From assembly GCF_963921235.1 (NCBI RefSeq), contig NC_086097.1:41232001-41296000 (forward strand): DNA of 64,000 nt, in the 5' to 3' direction. This document shows positions 39,291 through 52,229 of this stretch, piece after piece; position 1 is the stretch's first letter, and the number at the start of each line of letters is the position of its first letter. A model generated the notes under the pieces. It ran no database searches. It had not been told where the DNA came from and saw nothing but the letters and a program-made list of their open reading frames with translations. The translations under genes were made by a program, and so were the position numbers. Source of the DNA: Mobula hypostoma. Its lineage: Eukaryota.

Positions 39291-41142
39291 AAGGGAAAAA
39301 ATTAAAACAATTCCGCCGAATAGGAAGTTCATGAGCAGCATATTAGTCTTAAATGGATTCTGATCTTCAGCACACGTTTGATAGTTGAGTGTGCATGTCT
39401 AATTCCTTTGTCTTCAGCAAAAGTCTTCACCAAAATCTCTTGTTCTATATTTTGCTTGTGTCCTGATTTCCATTCACTGACATAGGATGCCATTAAATTA
39501 CCAGCATTGGCATTGTAGCAATATCCTTCACTGTCCTTCCAGTCACACTCCAGAATCTCTGCAGCAAAGAAAGTATCTGACTCTTGGGAGAGAATTTGTT
39601 GTCCAGCAGTGTGAGTTAGAAAATGGTTTTGGCAAAAATGCACTGGAACAATGAAAATCCGATTTGAATTATTATCTATTGTTTTGAGTAATTAAACAAA
39701 TACAAAATAAATGCTTAATTTGAAATCAACATTCAGGTGTTTTGTAAATGCCACCAGTGATATTCTTTTCCTGATATGATCTTTACTCTGACATAGTTAG
39801 CATTACTTACAGGTTACAAACTAAACTTTGTTCAGCAGCTTACTAAATTATAGAGGTCAAATGCACAGTTCAAAGGAAATTCCTTCTATAATGCTTTGTC
39901 AGTAATATTTGCGTGGTGGTCAAATAATGAAGTCAACAGTAACAACCAACAACCTGCCTTTCAAAGACTTTTGCTTCTCATTCAGTTAAGTAGCTGTAAA
40001 AGTTCCTTTGAGCAGGTTTGGCCGTGCCCTTGTTCAACCAATTTACCTTTTTGTTTTAATCATCATGTACAATTTGCAGTCAAAAGCTCTGTATGGTGCC
40101 CAGATCTACTCCTGAACCATTGCTTCATTCTTTTCTTTCTCAGTTATTGCTCATTAAATCTTCAACCTTTGACAGTTCAGCATAGCATGTCAAACACATG
40201 AAAGCTCTTGAAGACCCAGAACCACCCCTATTTATTATAGCTTGTCAGAAATTTGGATTAAACCTAAAAGTCTACTAGATTCAAATTCACCTTTTTTATA
40301 ATCTGGGAAATAATGCTTTTTTCAGTGAGGATGCTGAGTCAGACTTTGCATGAAATACATCACTTGGAGTCTCAAAGATAGTTCCTTTTTTGAAGATTTT
40401 AAGTGCTTGCTGTACTTTACTTAAATCCTGGGCATTATAGAATTAGCAAGGTGATGGCAGAGGATAAGTATGCAAACAGTTGTGCTGAGAGATCTACTTG
40501 AATAACCTGCTCCATGTTAGGTTTGGTACAGGGAGAGTACCCTTACTGAATATCTTCAATACAAGCCCACAATACTGTGTAGTTTAGAATTAGTATTTCT
40601 AATTATTTAATTATTCCAACAATTTGAATATCTCTTTTAATTTGAAGTGGTTAAACAGTTTGATTAATTTTTAGTATTTCTGGAACATCTCTGAATGTTC
40701 CCAAAATTATGAAACAATCAGAAATATCCAGAGTTTTTGACAGCTTTGACAGTTGACTAAGCCGGGGGATATAACCTTGCTGTCAGTCAATGTTTATTGT
40801 TTAATTGTGTTTGTGGAGGTGGCTCTGCGTCCCACCGATGCACATGTGTAATGAGATTTACAACTTGAAGACCACTCCGCTCCACTCCAAATGACCACAT
40901 TACTGAGTTGAGAGATAAGCTTGCAGTGGGCATTCTTCCAGCAAATTAGCCTCAGGAGGACCTCAAAAGGCAAGTGCAGTCATAGCTCAAGGGCCAGCGC
41001 ATGTCTTGCTGCTGACTACAAACTCTGAGCCATTGACAATTCTCTGTGTGTTGTCGAGCTCCTGAGCAAAGGTGTCTATAACGTATACCACACAGAAGCA
41101 GGTCCTTCAACCCCTCCTGTTCAAACCAACAATCAGGTAACT

Positions 41143-41325
41143 ATCACAAGCAAAGAAAATCTGCAGATGCTGGAAATCCAAACAACACACACAAAATGCT
41201 GGAGGCACTCAGCAGCTCAGGCAGCATCTATGGAAAAGAGTAAATAGTTAATGTTTCAGGCAGAGACCCTTCATCACGACTAGCTAAATGTCAACTCTTT
41301 TCCATAGATGCTGCCTGCCTTGCAT
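41143..41325. mobile_element. Short foldback Penelope pLTR relic
   Basis: Minus-strand pLTR with tail and decayed hammerhead (41245-41281); inverted arms caggcagcatctatggaaaagagt / actcttttccatagatgctgcctg. Confidence 0.7.
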
Positions 41326-41469
41326 CTATAATTTGATCTATAATAACCCAGGATGTTTCTAGTTATTCAAAGTGGCGATTGGGAATGTAACTATATCTTA
41401 GTGGAAAAGATGTTAGACTGAGCTGAGGTATGCTGAAAAAAACTTTACTTCTGTGCAGTGCTGTTTCTG

Positions 41470-41777
41470 ATTTGTTACTGGGATATACTAGTGCTCAAGA
41501 AGAGAAGGGTGAGCTGCTTCAATGACTACAGCCCAGCAACACTCACATCTGCAATAATGAAGTCCTCAAAAGATTAGTTATCACCAGAATTAACTCCTGC
41601 CTGAGCTAGGACCTGGACTTCGTGGTGTTTACCTACCACAGCAAAACATCTACAGCAGATCTAAACTTGTTGGCTTTCAAGGCTGTTTTGGAGCACCTGG
41701 ACAACCGTATAACAAACGTCAGGTTGATGTTTGATAATTACAGCTTGACATGCTATATCTTCATCCCCTCAGTACTA
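41470..41777 (+). mobile_element. Rex1-like RT fragment split by the Penelope insertion; continues at 43461-43515
   Basis: LTSAIMK...RINSCLS.DLD...LEHLDN...VRLMF..YS..IPSVL|ITKLQ.LGL. Confidence 0.65.
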
Positions 41778-43460
41778 CAATCACAAACAAGAGAACATCT
41801 GCAGATGCTGGAAATCTGAGCACCACGCACAAAACGCTGGAGGAACTCAGCAGGCCAGGCAGTATCTAGGAAAATATTACAGTCAACGTTTGGGGCCAAA
41901 ACCTTTCAGTAGGACTGGAGAAGGAAAAGCTGAGGTGTAGATATAAAAGGTGGGGGGAAGGGAGAGAGAAGCACAAGGTAATAGGTGAAACCTGGAGGGG
42001 GGAGGGAATTATGCACGTCCATCACATAGTTCTCCAAAACTTCCACCACCTCCAACGGGATCCCACCACCAGGCAGACATCTTTCTCCCCCCGCCCCCAC
42101 TTTCTGCTTGCCACAGGGATCATTCCCTACGCAACTCCCTTGTCCATTCATTTCAACCACCCCCTCCCCCAACTGATCTCTTCCTGGCACTTATCCTTGC
42201 AAGCAGAACATATACTCCAATGTCAGTATATCCTTTTTTTAGAAAGGATATACTGACATTGGAGAGGGTTCAGAGAGGATTCACGAGAATGATTCCAGGA
42301 ATTAGAGGGTTACTGTATAAGGAACATCTGGCAGCTCTTGGACTGTATTCCCTGGATGAGGGGGATCTCATAGAAACATTCCAAATATTTAAAGGCCTGA
42401 ACAGATTAGATATGGTAAAGTTATTTCCCATGGTAGGGGAGTCTAGGACAAGAGGGCACAACTTCAGGATTGACGTCCTTTTATAACTGAGATGCGGAGA
42501 AATTACTTTAGTCAGGGGTTGGTAAATCTGTGGAATTTGTTGCCACGAGTGGCTGTGGAGGCCAAGTCATTGGATGTATTTAAGGCAGAGGTAGGTAAGT
42601 TCTTGATTAGCCAGGGCATCAAAGTGTATGGGGTGAAAGCAGGGGAGTGGGGATGACTGGATGAAGTGGATCAGCCCATGATTGAATGACGGAGCAGACT
42701 CGATGAGCCAAATGGCCTACTTCTGCTCCTAAGTCTCGTGGTCTTATGGTCTTACGTGCCACACCTGCCCCTACGCCTCCTCCCTCACCACCATTCAGGG
42801 CCCTAAGCAGACCTTCCAGGTGAGGCAACACTTTACCTGTGAGCTTGTTGGGGGTCACATACTGTGTTCGGTGTCCCTGATGTGGCCTCCAGTATATCGG
42901 TGAGACCTGATGTAGATTGGGAGACCGCTTCGCCGAGCACCTGCACTCCATCTGCCAGAAAAAATTCCCATTCCCATTCCGATATGTCCATCTGTGGCCT
43001 CGTCTACTGTTGTGATGAGGCCACACTTAGGTTCGAGGAACAACACCTTGTATTCTGTCTGGGTAGCCTCCAACCTGATGGCATGAAGATTGACTTCTCA
43101 AACCTCTGGTAATCCCCCCCACCCCCCTCCTTCACCATCTCCAATCCCCGTTTCCCTCTCTCACCCCATCTCCTTGGCCACCCATCGCCTCTTTCTGGTG
43201 CCCCTCTGCCCTTTGTTTTCTTCCATGTTTCTGTTTCTTTCACCAATCAACTTCCCAGATCCTTACTTCATCCCTCCCCCTCCAGGTTTCACCTAACACC
43301 TTCTGTTTCGCTCTCTCCCCCCCCCCCCCCCACCCGCCTTTTAAATCTACTCCTCTGTTTTTTCTCCAGTCTTGCCAAAGGGTTTCGGCCCAAAACGTTG
43401 ACTGTATTCTTTTCCTAGATACTGCCTGGCCTTCTGAGTTCCTCCAGCATTTTGTGTGTG
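41778..43460. mobile_element. Penelope insertion with inverted pLTRs and a 15-bp TSD, containing a nested CR1 3' end (~42210-42755)
   Basis: TSD ATCCCCTCAGTACTA at 41763-41777 and 43461-43475. Minus-strand pLTR 41778-42008. Plus-strand GIY-YIG C-terminus (YIGET..RLGDRFAEHL...LGSLQPDGM) and pLTR to 43460. Confidence 0.88.
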
Positions 43461-43516
43461 ATCCCCTCAGTACTAATCACCAAGCTTCAAACCTGGGGCC
43501 TCTGTTTCTCCTGTAC

Positions 43517-44372
43517 CACACACACAAAATGGTGAAGGAAATCAGCAGGTCAGGCAGCATCTATAGAAATGAATAAACAGTCAAAGTCTCAGGCCAAGAC
43601 CCTTCTTCATAACTGGAAAGGGAGGGGGAAGATGCCAGAATATGAAGGTGGGGAGAGGAGAAGATGGACAAGATAGAAGGTGGTAGGTGAAGCCAGGTGG
43701 GTGGGGGAAGGAGGGGATGAAATAAGAAGGTGGGAGATGATCGGAGGAAAAGGCAAAGGGCTGGAGAACAGGAAATCTGATAGGAGAGGAGAGTGGATTA
43801 TGGGAGAAAGGGAAGGAGGAAGGACACAAGGGGGATGTGATAAGCAGGTCAGGAGAAGAGGTAAGAGGCCAGAGTGGGAGACTGAAGAAGGGAAAAGTTA
43901 CTAGAAGTTGGAGAAGTTGTTAGTCATGCCATCAGGTTGGAGGCGACTTATTTGGATTATGAGGTGTTGCTTCTCCAACCTGAGAGTGGCCTCATCGTGG
44001 CAGAACAGGAGGCCATAGACCTCAACATGTTGGAAGATGCAGGAACTGAGAAAAGAGAATGGCATTTTTACAGGAGGCAGGGTGGAAAGAGATATAGTCA
44101 AGAGAGCTGTCGGAATCAGTGGGTTTATTAAAAATATCAGCAATTAGTTTGTCTCCGGTGATGGAGACAGGGAGATTGAGAAAGGGGAGAAAAGTGTAAG
44201 AAATGGTCCAAGTGAATTTAAGAGCAGGGTGGAAGCTGGAGGCAAAGTTGATGAAATTGATGAACTCAGCATTGGTGCTTAAAGCAGCACCAATGCAGTC
44301 ACCAATGTAGAGAAGGAAGAGTTGGGGAGCATTGCCAGGAAAGGCTTGGGCAGGGACTGTTCTACATAACCA
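43517..44372 (-). mobile_element. Penelope 3' part (pLTR, C-terminus, RT fragment)
   Basis: EATLRLEKQHLI...LQPDGM..FSNF; YIGD.IG...INFINFASSFHPALKFTW; purine-rich pLTR. Confidence 0.8.
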
Positions 44373-44374
44373 GC

Positions 44375-45460
44375 TGATCTATTTCACTCCTGTAAGTTTC
44401 CTTCTCACAATCTGAAGTTCTGTCAGCAATAGTTCTGTCATGGGCAAATTTATAGATGATGTTTGAGCTGTGCCTAGCCATACAGCCATGGTTGTGTAGA
44501 GAGAATAGAGCTGTGGTCCAAACATGCATCCTTGAGGTACGCCAATGTTGATTGTCAGCAAGAAGATATAATTTCCTATCTGCACTGACTGTGGTCTCCC
44601 GATGAGAAAATCAAGTATCCATTTGCAGATGGAGGTAGTCAGTCTCCATTTTTGGCACTTGTTGATGAGATTGCATCCACTGTAGGCCTATTGTGGTGAG
44701 AGGCAAATTCCACCTGGTCCAGGTCCCTGCTTAGGCAGGAGTTGATTCTAACTATGACCAACCTCTCAAAGCACTTCACCATAGTAGATGTGAGTACAAT
44801 TCGGTGAAAGTTGCTGAGGCAGCTCTCCCTGCTCTTCTTTGGCACAGGTATGATTGTCATTTGCAGCAGGTTGGCAACTCCGACTTCAGCAGTGAGTTAT
44901 TGAGGATGTCCTTTGACACTACCACTAGTTCATTGACTCAGGTTTGCAGTGCCCCACCAGGTACAATATCTGGCCCCGACACCTTGTGAGAGTTCATCCT
45001 CTTGAAAGAAGTTCTGAGGTTGGCATCAGATGCTGTAGGGATTTGCACAGGTGTCTTTCCTTCCCTTCATAAAAAGCATTGAGCTCATCTGAGATTGAAA
45101 CATCACAGCCATTCATGATGTTAGGTTTTGCCTTGTAGGACACAATGGCCTGTAACCTCTAATAGAGCTAACGCACATCCAGTTCCATTTTTAAATTGGA
45201 ATCGTTTTTATGCTCTCAAAATAGCACTCTGTATGTTGCTGCTGGATTTTTTGTATATTCTGGATTATTGGTCTCAAATGCCTCAGATCTAGCCCTCAGC
45301 ATACTACGAATCTCCTGCTTCATCCACAGCTCCTGATTTGGTATGTTCAGTACCTTCTCAAAGGCACACACTAATCCACACAGGTCTTGATGAAGTTGGT
45401 GACATATGTGGCATATTCATTCAGACTTGAAGATGAATCCTTAGGACTATTATCCGGAAG
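44375..45460 (-). mobile_element. Decayed Rex1-like LINE (internal part)
   Basis: TIIPVPKK...LTSTMVKCFERLV, GVPQGC, KF..DRT, LNEYATYVTNFIKTCVD. Confidence 0.75.
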
Positions 45461-46189
45461 AGCTCCTCTTCCTTGACCATCAGCAACTGGGACATGCCAT
45501 CTTCTCATTACTACCATCTGAGAGGAGCTGCTGGTGCTTGAAGCCACCACTCGGTGATTCAAAAACAGCTTCTTTCCCTCCACCATCAAATTTCTGAATG
45601 GTCCATGGACCCATGAAAATCACCTCTTTAATTCTTTATGTCTGCACTATTATTTTTGTAATATATAGTAATTTTATGTCTTTTCACTGCACTGCTGCCA
45701 CAAAACAACAAATTTCACATCATATAAGTCAGTGCTGATAAATTAGTTTCTGATTCTGACATAAATAATGAAGGAGATATACTCTCTGCTTCCCTAGATT
45801 TTGTTAAGCAGTAAATTCACACTCCAAATTTCCATGCAAATTTATAGCCTCTTTCAGATTCTTAAATTTTGTCAGCCTAGAATCTATTCTTGCTTGCATG
45901 ACTGTAAGTTACAAAATCTGAGGTTTCTCTGCTCACCATTGAAATCGTGGAAATTAAAATTACCACTAAAATGGCTGCTGTTAGGTTCTCAAAGAAATAA
46001 TCAAAATATTAATATGCAATGACATGCATTCGTGCAGGGAGGTAAAACATCCCAAAATTTGACACTGAGTTGCTCGAAGAGGTATTCAGATGGAAAATGT
46101 AGGTATAAATGGAAAACCTAAAGGAGGAGAGAGGGAGCACCTCTTCAGCCTAAGCTTAGCTGGCAGAAGGGGATCAATGGTGAGTGGTT

Positions 46190-46745
46190 GTCTGTCTCGA
46201 CGGACAAAGGGTGATGATGATCATCATCACAAGCCTGGGTGGAAGGTATGGAGATCCTGAATTCCCAGTTGTCAAGATCCCCCTCTTGTCCTCACTGGCA
46301 TAGTCCAAAGAAAAGCTTATGAAGCAATACATTTGGCACCAGCTTGGCTGCAGGAGCTGCTGGAAGGATGTTCAATAATGTCCAGCTGCCTTAGGGGCTC
46401 CACTCCGGATTTGCTGTCTGGGTTTACTCTCACAGCCTTTGTCTCTCCCAAGGCTGCCCACAAGGCAGTGGGACTATTTACCCATAGATGGGGATCTGGT
46501 TCATGAGCACCAGGGAGTGTCCACACGCTGGTGGGCCTGCGTACTATGTGTGCAGGGGCCAGACTCCTCCCCACCCTCTGTAGTTCAGCCTGAGTCCGAA
46601 AGGAGTTCAGTTTCCGTGTGAAACCAGTGAGGAGGCACCACATGAGGCTTGCTTTAGGAGAGGCTATGTACTGGCAACTCTCTTTTTCGTGAAATTGCTG
46701 GCCAACGGTGGAAGCTGAAAGTGAGAGTGACAAGCACTACCCCGT
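46190..46745 (-). mobile_element. Possible RTE-clade LINE 5'UTR remnant
   Basis: GC-richer block resembling recalled fish RTE 5'UTRs (aatccggagtggagcccctaaggc...ctcctgcagccaagctggtgccaaa); no ORF support. Confidence 0.35.
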
Positions 46746-47973
46746 ATTCTGCCATGCCAGATGCAACACAACAACCATTTTGACACCATCAGGGCAATAA
46801 CTATATGATTTAGAGAGTTTTAGGACCTGAGACAGAATAGATGATTACAGCACAGGCGTAAGAATTTTTAAATCGAGATGTTTTCGACTGAAGGTTAGTG
46901 AGCAAATTGCTGAGGAGTAAGCAGAACTCAGTGGTAACTGTAACGGGCAATGGTGGAAGATGCATCCATCCAGCCTATGCCTTCTTCTCACTACTATCAC
47001 TGGGCAGGTGGCCACACAAAACCAAATTTAGGAGCAGTTATTACACTGCGAACATCAGACCACCGAACCAGAATGGGTAACTTCATTCACTATCACTCTG
47101 AACTATTTTTACAAAACGACAGACTCACTTTACAACTGATGATGCCAGTATTATTTTGATTTGCAGAGTTTGTTTTCTTTTGCCTGTTGGTTGTTTGTCA
47201 GTCTTGATGTTGTGGTCCTGATGAATGGTCCCGGTCCAAAAAGTCTGCTGTGTATTGCTCTCTGTAGATGCTGCCTGCCCTGCTGAGCTCCTCCAGCATT
47301 TTGTGTGTTTTTGTCAGTCTTTGTCTGTTTACGTGTAAGATCTCTTTGGTAAAATTCTAATGCATTTCTCTTTTTCCTGTAAATGCCTGCAAGAAAATGC
47401 ATCACAAGGTAGTAAATGGTAACATGTATGTACTTTGATAACAAATTTACTTTGAACTTTAAATTCCAAGATTAAAGAGTCTAGGAGGGTAGTGAGGAAG
47501 AAGCAAGCTTTGGATTTATGAATGTGCATATGCTTTTGACAGCTAGTGGACTGATAAAGGGGAAGGGATGTGGTGGAAGTGGCTGTGAGGAGATATTTTT
47601 ATTACTGTCACTGGAGCCACGGACAAAAAAAAATAGAAATAAGCCATTGGTATTTCAGCTGAATTCAAGACTTGTACATAATGCAAAAGTGCCAGATTGA
47701 ATTCACAACATTTCATAAATAATTTGTTTAGCAGCAATTATACATCATTGCACTGATGGAAATTGATGTTTCAGATCACTATCCAGGGTATTGAGGCTGA
47801 GGTAGGAGGCCAGCTGGAATCAGAATGGGGAAGAATAACGCCTGGGTGAAGGGATGGCTTCCGGATGAAGGGAAGGAAGGACTGGAACAAAGTTAGAGGC
47901 CTTTACGGTGTAGCTTGAATAAGCAGTTTCTGATAGTAAAACAGAACTCAGATGGAGCGATATCAGTTTAGCG

Positions 47974-48053
47974 CTAGGGCTCCCAACTTGGCGTCCATGG
48001 AGCCCTTGCTCTATGGTTTTGGTCCATGGCTTGAAAAAGGCTGGGAACCCCTG
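47974..48053. mobile_element. 80-bp hAT MITE
   Basis: Ends ctagggctcccaac / gctgggaacccctg resemble Charlie TIRs; 8-bp TSD GTTTAGCG / GTCTAGCA (6/8, central TA). Confidence 0.6.
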
Positions 48054-48214
48054 GTCTAGCATTTGCTTACAAAGGTGGGTGGATGAGGTCATGGAGAAGA
48101 TCAGAAGGCCGTGGACTTTGTCTTGTACACAGTCAACAAAGGGTCATATTAAAAGAAGGTAGGTATGGTGACAGTGACAGACAGGCTGAAGGACGTCTAC
48201 AGCACTTGGAGGGT

Positions 48215-48615
48215 TGGAAAGGAAAAGATTTAGGAGCAGGATCAGGCCATCCATCTCATTAAGTCTGCTCCGCCATTCAACAATGTCTGATTTTTTAAAA
48301 ATCTGAAACCCATTCTCCGAGTTTTAAAGGGAAGTCCTTTTATTCTGAGACTGTGCCCCCCTTTTCCTGTGCTCTCCTACTAATGGAGGCATCCGTTTCA
48401 CGTTCACTCTGATCCAGGCCTTCAGTATCCAGTAGGTCTCAATGCAATCCCCCTTCATTCTTCTTCTGAACTTGATTGATTACAGGCTCAGGGACTTCAA
48501 ACACCCCGCAGATGTTACACCTTTCATTCCTGGGATCATTCTTGTGAACCTCCTTCGAAATCTCTTCAGGGCCAGCACACCCTTCCTTAAACACAGGGCC
48601 CAATATTCACTGTGC
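48215..48615 (-). mobile_element. Decayed CR1 3' fragment
   Basis: RRFTRMIPGMKGV...RRMKGD.IETY.ILK remnants plus tail. Confidence 0.65.
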
Positions 48616-50260
48616 TGACACTCGGGCTCACAGAGAAAGCAACTGAAAGGGCATTAAAGCAATGTATTAGTGACTGGGCCAGGGTCTGTCAGCAACAAAG
48701 GAGAAGTAGATTTCAGGTTATTCATAGCATCAGGATCTAAGGATGTGATTCATTAAAGTTTGCGTCGCTTCCACTTCAGTGCACCATACACACAGCCCCT
48801 TTGTATATCGTTCTCAGCTTCTGATCTTCTGACCACAATACGTGGCCTGGGCGGCAGAATATCTTCTGGAAGAAAAGCAAAAGTCAATGCCAGACTGTAT
48901 GATCAAGAACTTAAAGCATGACAATCATTGGTGTAGAATACTGTGTCTCTTCTCCCTGTAAAATCACCCCTATCAGATGGTGTCACAAAACAGTGGCAAT
49001 GCATACTTGCCTGTTTTGAGTTACATTTTTAGCCCTTTATGTGGTGCCTGTGAGAAGAATGCATTGATGCCAAATGGCGCCTTATAGATGCAACAGCAGA
49101 TAATAGTTAAACTGCCTTTCCTTGCATGACACAATACCTATCTGTTCTCAGTTCAGTACTCTGCTTTGAATGTCAGCACTGTGCACATTGGACACTGTAC
49201 TGACGCTCAGTAATTCAGTGTGCTTGACTAAGAGGTCACTTGTTCCATACTTTAAAATTCACTAGTAGGTAAACTGGGCTTTATTCACTGAGCTGATTGT
49301 AGTGAAGAATGGGCTCTTTAATCAGTCATTTCTGACAGGGGATGCCTCACAAGTGGCAGTTTGTGTGTGATCAGCAGACTAAAGCATTGTGGTAGCTAAA
49401 CGGTCCCGATTATAACTGTACTGTACCGTAGAGTTCTCAAAGAGCTTACAGCATGCAGAATTGCAGACCATGGGCAGAATTATAATCTTGCCAATGTTGC
49501 TGGTCCTGCAGATATCTGATAAACAATTTCACTGAATGGTAGCAGTAGAGTAGAACACACCTGTTGTGGGATGATGGGAATTAAGTGTGCAATCCGTTCC
49601 AGGCATAGCTTTCATTCTGGTCCCATTCCTTACGGCTTCATTTTGGGTTATATGAAGCGGGCAAGATGATGTTTTCCATGGTGCCTGAGTCAGTGGTGAT
49701 GATTCTGCAATAGGCTGGCCATGAAACTGTCTGTGGAAGTGTTCCATTGCGGGAATGGAAGCGAGGCAGATGCCCACCAACTACATAATAGGAATTGAAT
49801 TTTATTGAGGGATGGGAGTGAGCGATTGATGTCATGGATGGTTGTGATAATGTTTGTTTATCAACAACAAAGATGAGTTTGCTAGAGAAATGGATGAATA
49901 AATATCAAACAGTACAATAGCATCCAAAAAAAAGAAAAAATTATACCATTACAAGAGTAGTAATTTCCTGTCGCAGGAAAGCAGCACCCGTTTTTAGGGA
50001 CCCCACCATCCAGAACATGCATTCTTCCTACTGCTGCCTTCATGAAGATGGTGCAGGAGCCTCAAGATTCTCACCACCAGGTTCAGGAACAGTTATTACC
50101 CCTCAACCAACAGACTCTAGAACCAAAAGGGAAAACTTTACTCAATTTGCCCTATTATTGAAGTGTTCTCACAATCTATGGGCTACCTTCAAGGTCTCTT
50201 CATCTTGTTGTCAGTGTTTACTGTTTGTTTGTTTATTTATTTATTTATATTATTTCTTTC

Positions 50261-50928
50261 TGTAACGCTCAGTTACATTGGCTCATATATGTCTAGGGGA
50301 AATCCCACCCAGCACCTGCCTCAGCGCTTCCCACGGAGTCGGTTGCTGCACCACTGTCGCCCGAATCATTCCCAAACATCAATCATCAGCCAGCACACCC
50401 AGTACGTTTTACCAAGTACACTTTATAGATATTACTAAGTCTATGAAATTAATATAAATTCAATACAGAAAAGGAAGTAATGATAAAAAAAGGTGCCAGA
50501 CTTATCAAAGTCCAAGTTCTTCGTGCGCAACCGTTGGAGCTCAATCAATTCGTGATGACCACCCGGATCCTGTCGACTCACGGGTCGGGACCACCCAAAG
50601 TGATTGACCGGAGCCTTTCTGCATGTCTGCCGTCCTCCCCGTCTCTCCTCTGACTCCCCGCCAAAAACCCCGTCCACCGTCCTCCCCGTCTCTCCTCCAA
50701 CTCCCCGCCAAAACCCCGTCCACAGTCATATGAGACAGCATTATCATCCGAAAACAAAACGATACATGAACACGCATTGGCTAATAGCACCCTGCTGTCT
50801 GTATTAACCCAAGCAAATGTCTAGCTAGAGACTTTCTCAGCATTTAACATAACAAAGAAGCATTCCCCAGTATAACATAACAAAGAAGCCATTTTAAATT
50901 TAACATGCAAAAAAGAAAGACCCTGAAA
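50261..50928 (-). mobile_element. Probable solo LTR inserted in a Rex1 3'UTR (49980-51092)
   Basis: Begins TGTAAC; shares blocks with the LTR at 55336-56030 (tttatagatattact, aagg.gcca.acttatcaaagt, accgttggagctcaa, actttctcagc.tttaaca). Other terminus degenerate and no clear TSD. Internal ~47-bp tandem duplication at 50630-50722. Confidence 0.65.
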
Positions 50929-52229
50929 TGTTTGTATTAGCACAATTAATGCCCAGTTGGTGAGGTCTTTCACTGATTCTATTATAGTTATTATTCTATT
51001 ATGGATTTACTGAGTGTGCCCACAAGAAAATGAAGCTGAGGGTTGTATACCATGGCATATATGAACTTTGATAATACATTTACTTTGAATTTTGTATAAA
51101 TGACAAGCACACAATTTTGGACTGATGACTAAGTCTACAGCATTCTCACCTAGAAATCAGATTTCACTCCTACTTGTGGTACCAATCCCATAGTTCACAT
51201 GTAGGGAGCAAACATTGTGAAATTGGGAAAATATAAAAGATTGTTAAAATGCTTGGCACGCAGATTGTTGAATTAAAATGCAATATGTGAATTCCCAACC
51301 TCTGCTGCTAGTTCCTTGCCATGAAGATCCATTGAAAGCAAATCAATGTTTAACGAGAGTAATGAGAAAAAGCAAGTGGGAGATGGGAGTTACAGGAAGA
51401 AACGTGTCTGCAGCATAAGTGACAACAGCCTCTTCCCATCCCCACCAATCATCCATGTCACCAGGAGGTGCAAATTCATTTTTCAGGAAGAGATCTCTGT
51501 ACTATGCCAATTTTGTATGACTGCAGAATGTACTGTGGGACCCATCTAATGTGTAATAAGTGCATGTATCATTGAAAGCTTGGTCAGACTGATACAGATA
51601 GTAACACATCAGTACACCAAGGGAAACTCTTTAATTCACAAATCCTTGCTGACTTGTTGCAGGGTTTGCTCCACGTTTTTCCCAAAGGCAAATCAAAGGT
51701 AATAGGTTGCATGTCATTACTCCGGTCTGTGGTGTGTTTGACGAGATCAGTAGTGTAGTTACATGTGCATAAGATACTAGAAAATTATCACGTGTGCTAG
51801 GCTGAATCAATGGACTTCCACTAGAAATGGCTGCCATTGTATTAAATCATATTTTGTTCATGATTTACACACTATAATCCCTTGCTTTATGTACATGACC
51901 AAGATAAAGAACACTTTGTGTGGATTAGGATTGTTGTACGAGTCTAATATTGAGTCCATTGACTACAAACAAAATCATTGATTTGAAAAATAGACTTTGA
52001 CTAATGTGAACAATTAATTTAGAAGCTACTTTTCACGGATGCAATTTAGTAAAGAACGCATTGCTCAGAAAGTTCTATTTTCAGTATGATGTGGGATTGG
52101 GAAAAATAAGCTCTAATTGTTACCAGTTTCTCAACTAAGAAATTAAAATGTCAGACAAGCCAATCACACACACATTGTTAATAAATAGTGAGAACTGGAA
52201 TCATGTGGTTTTGATTTCATGCATGGAAC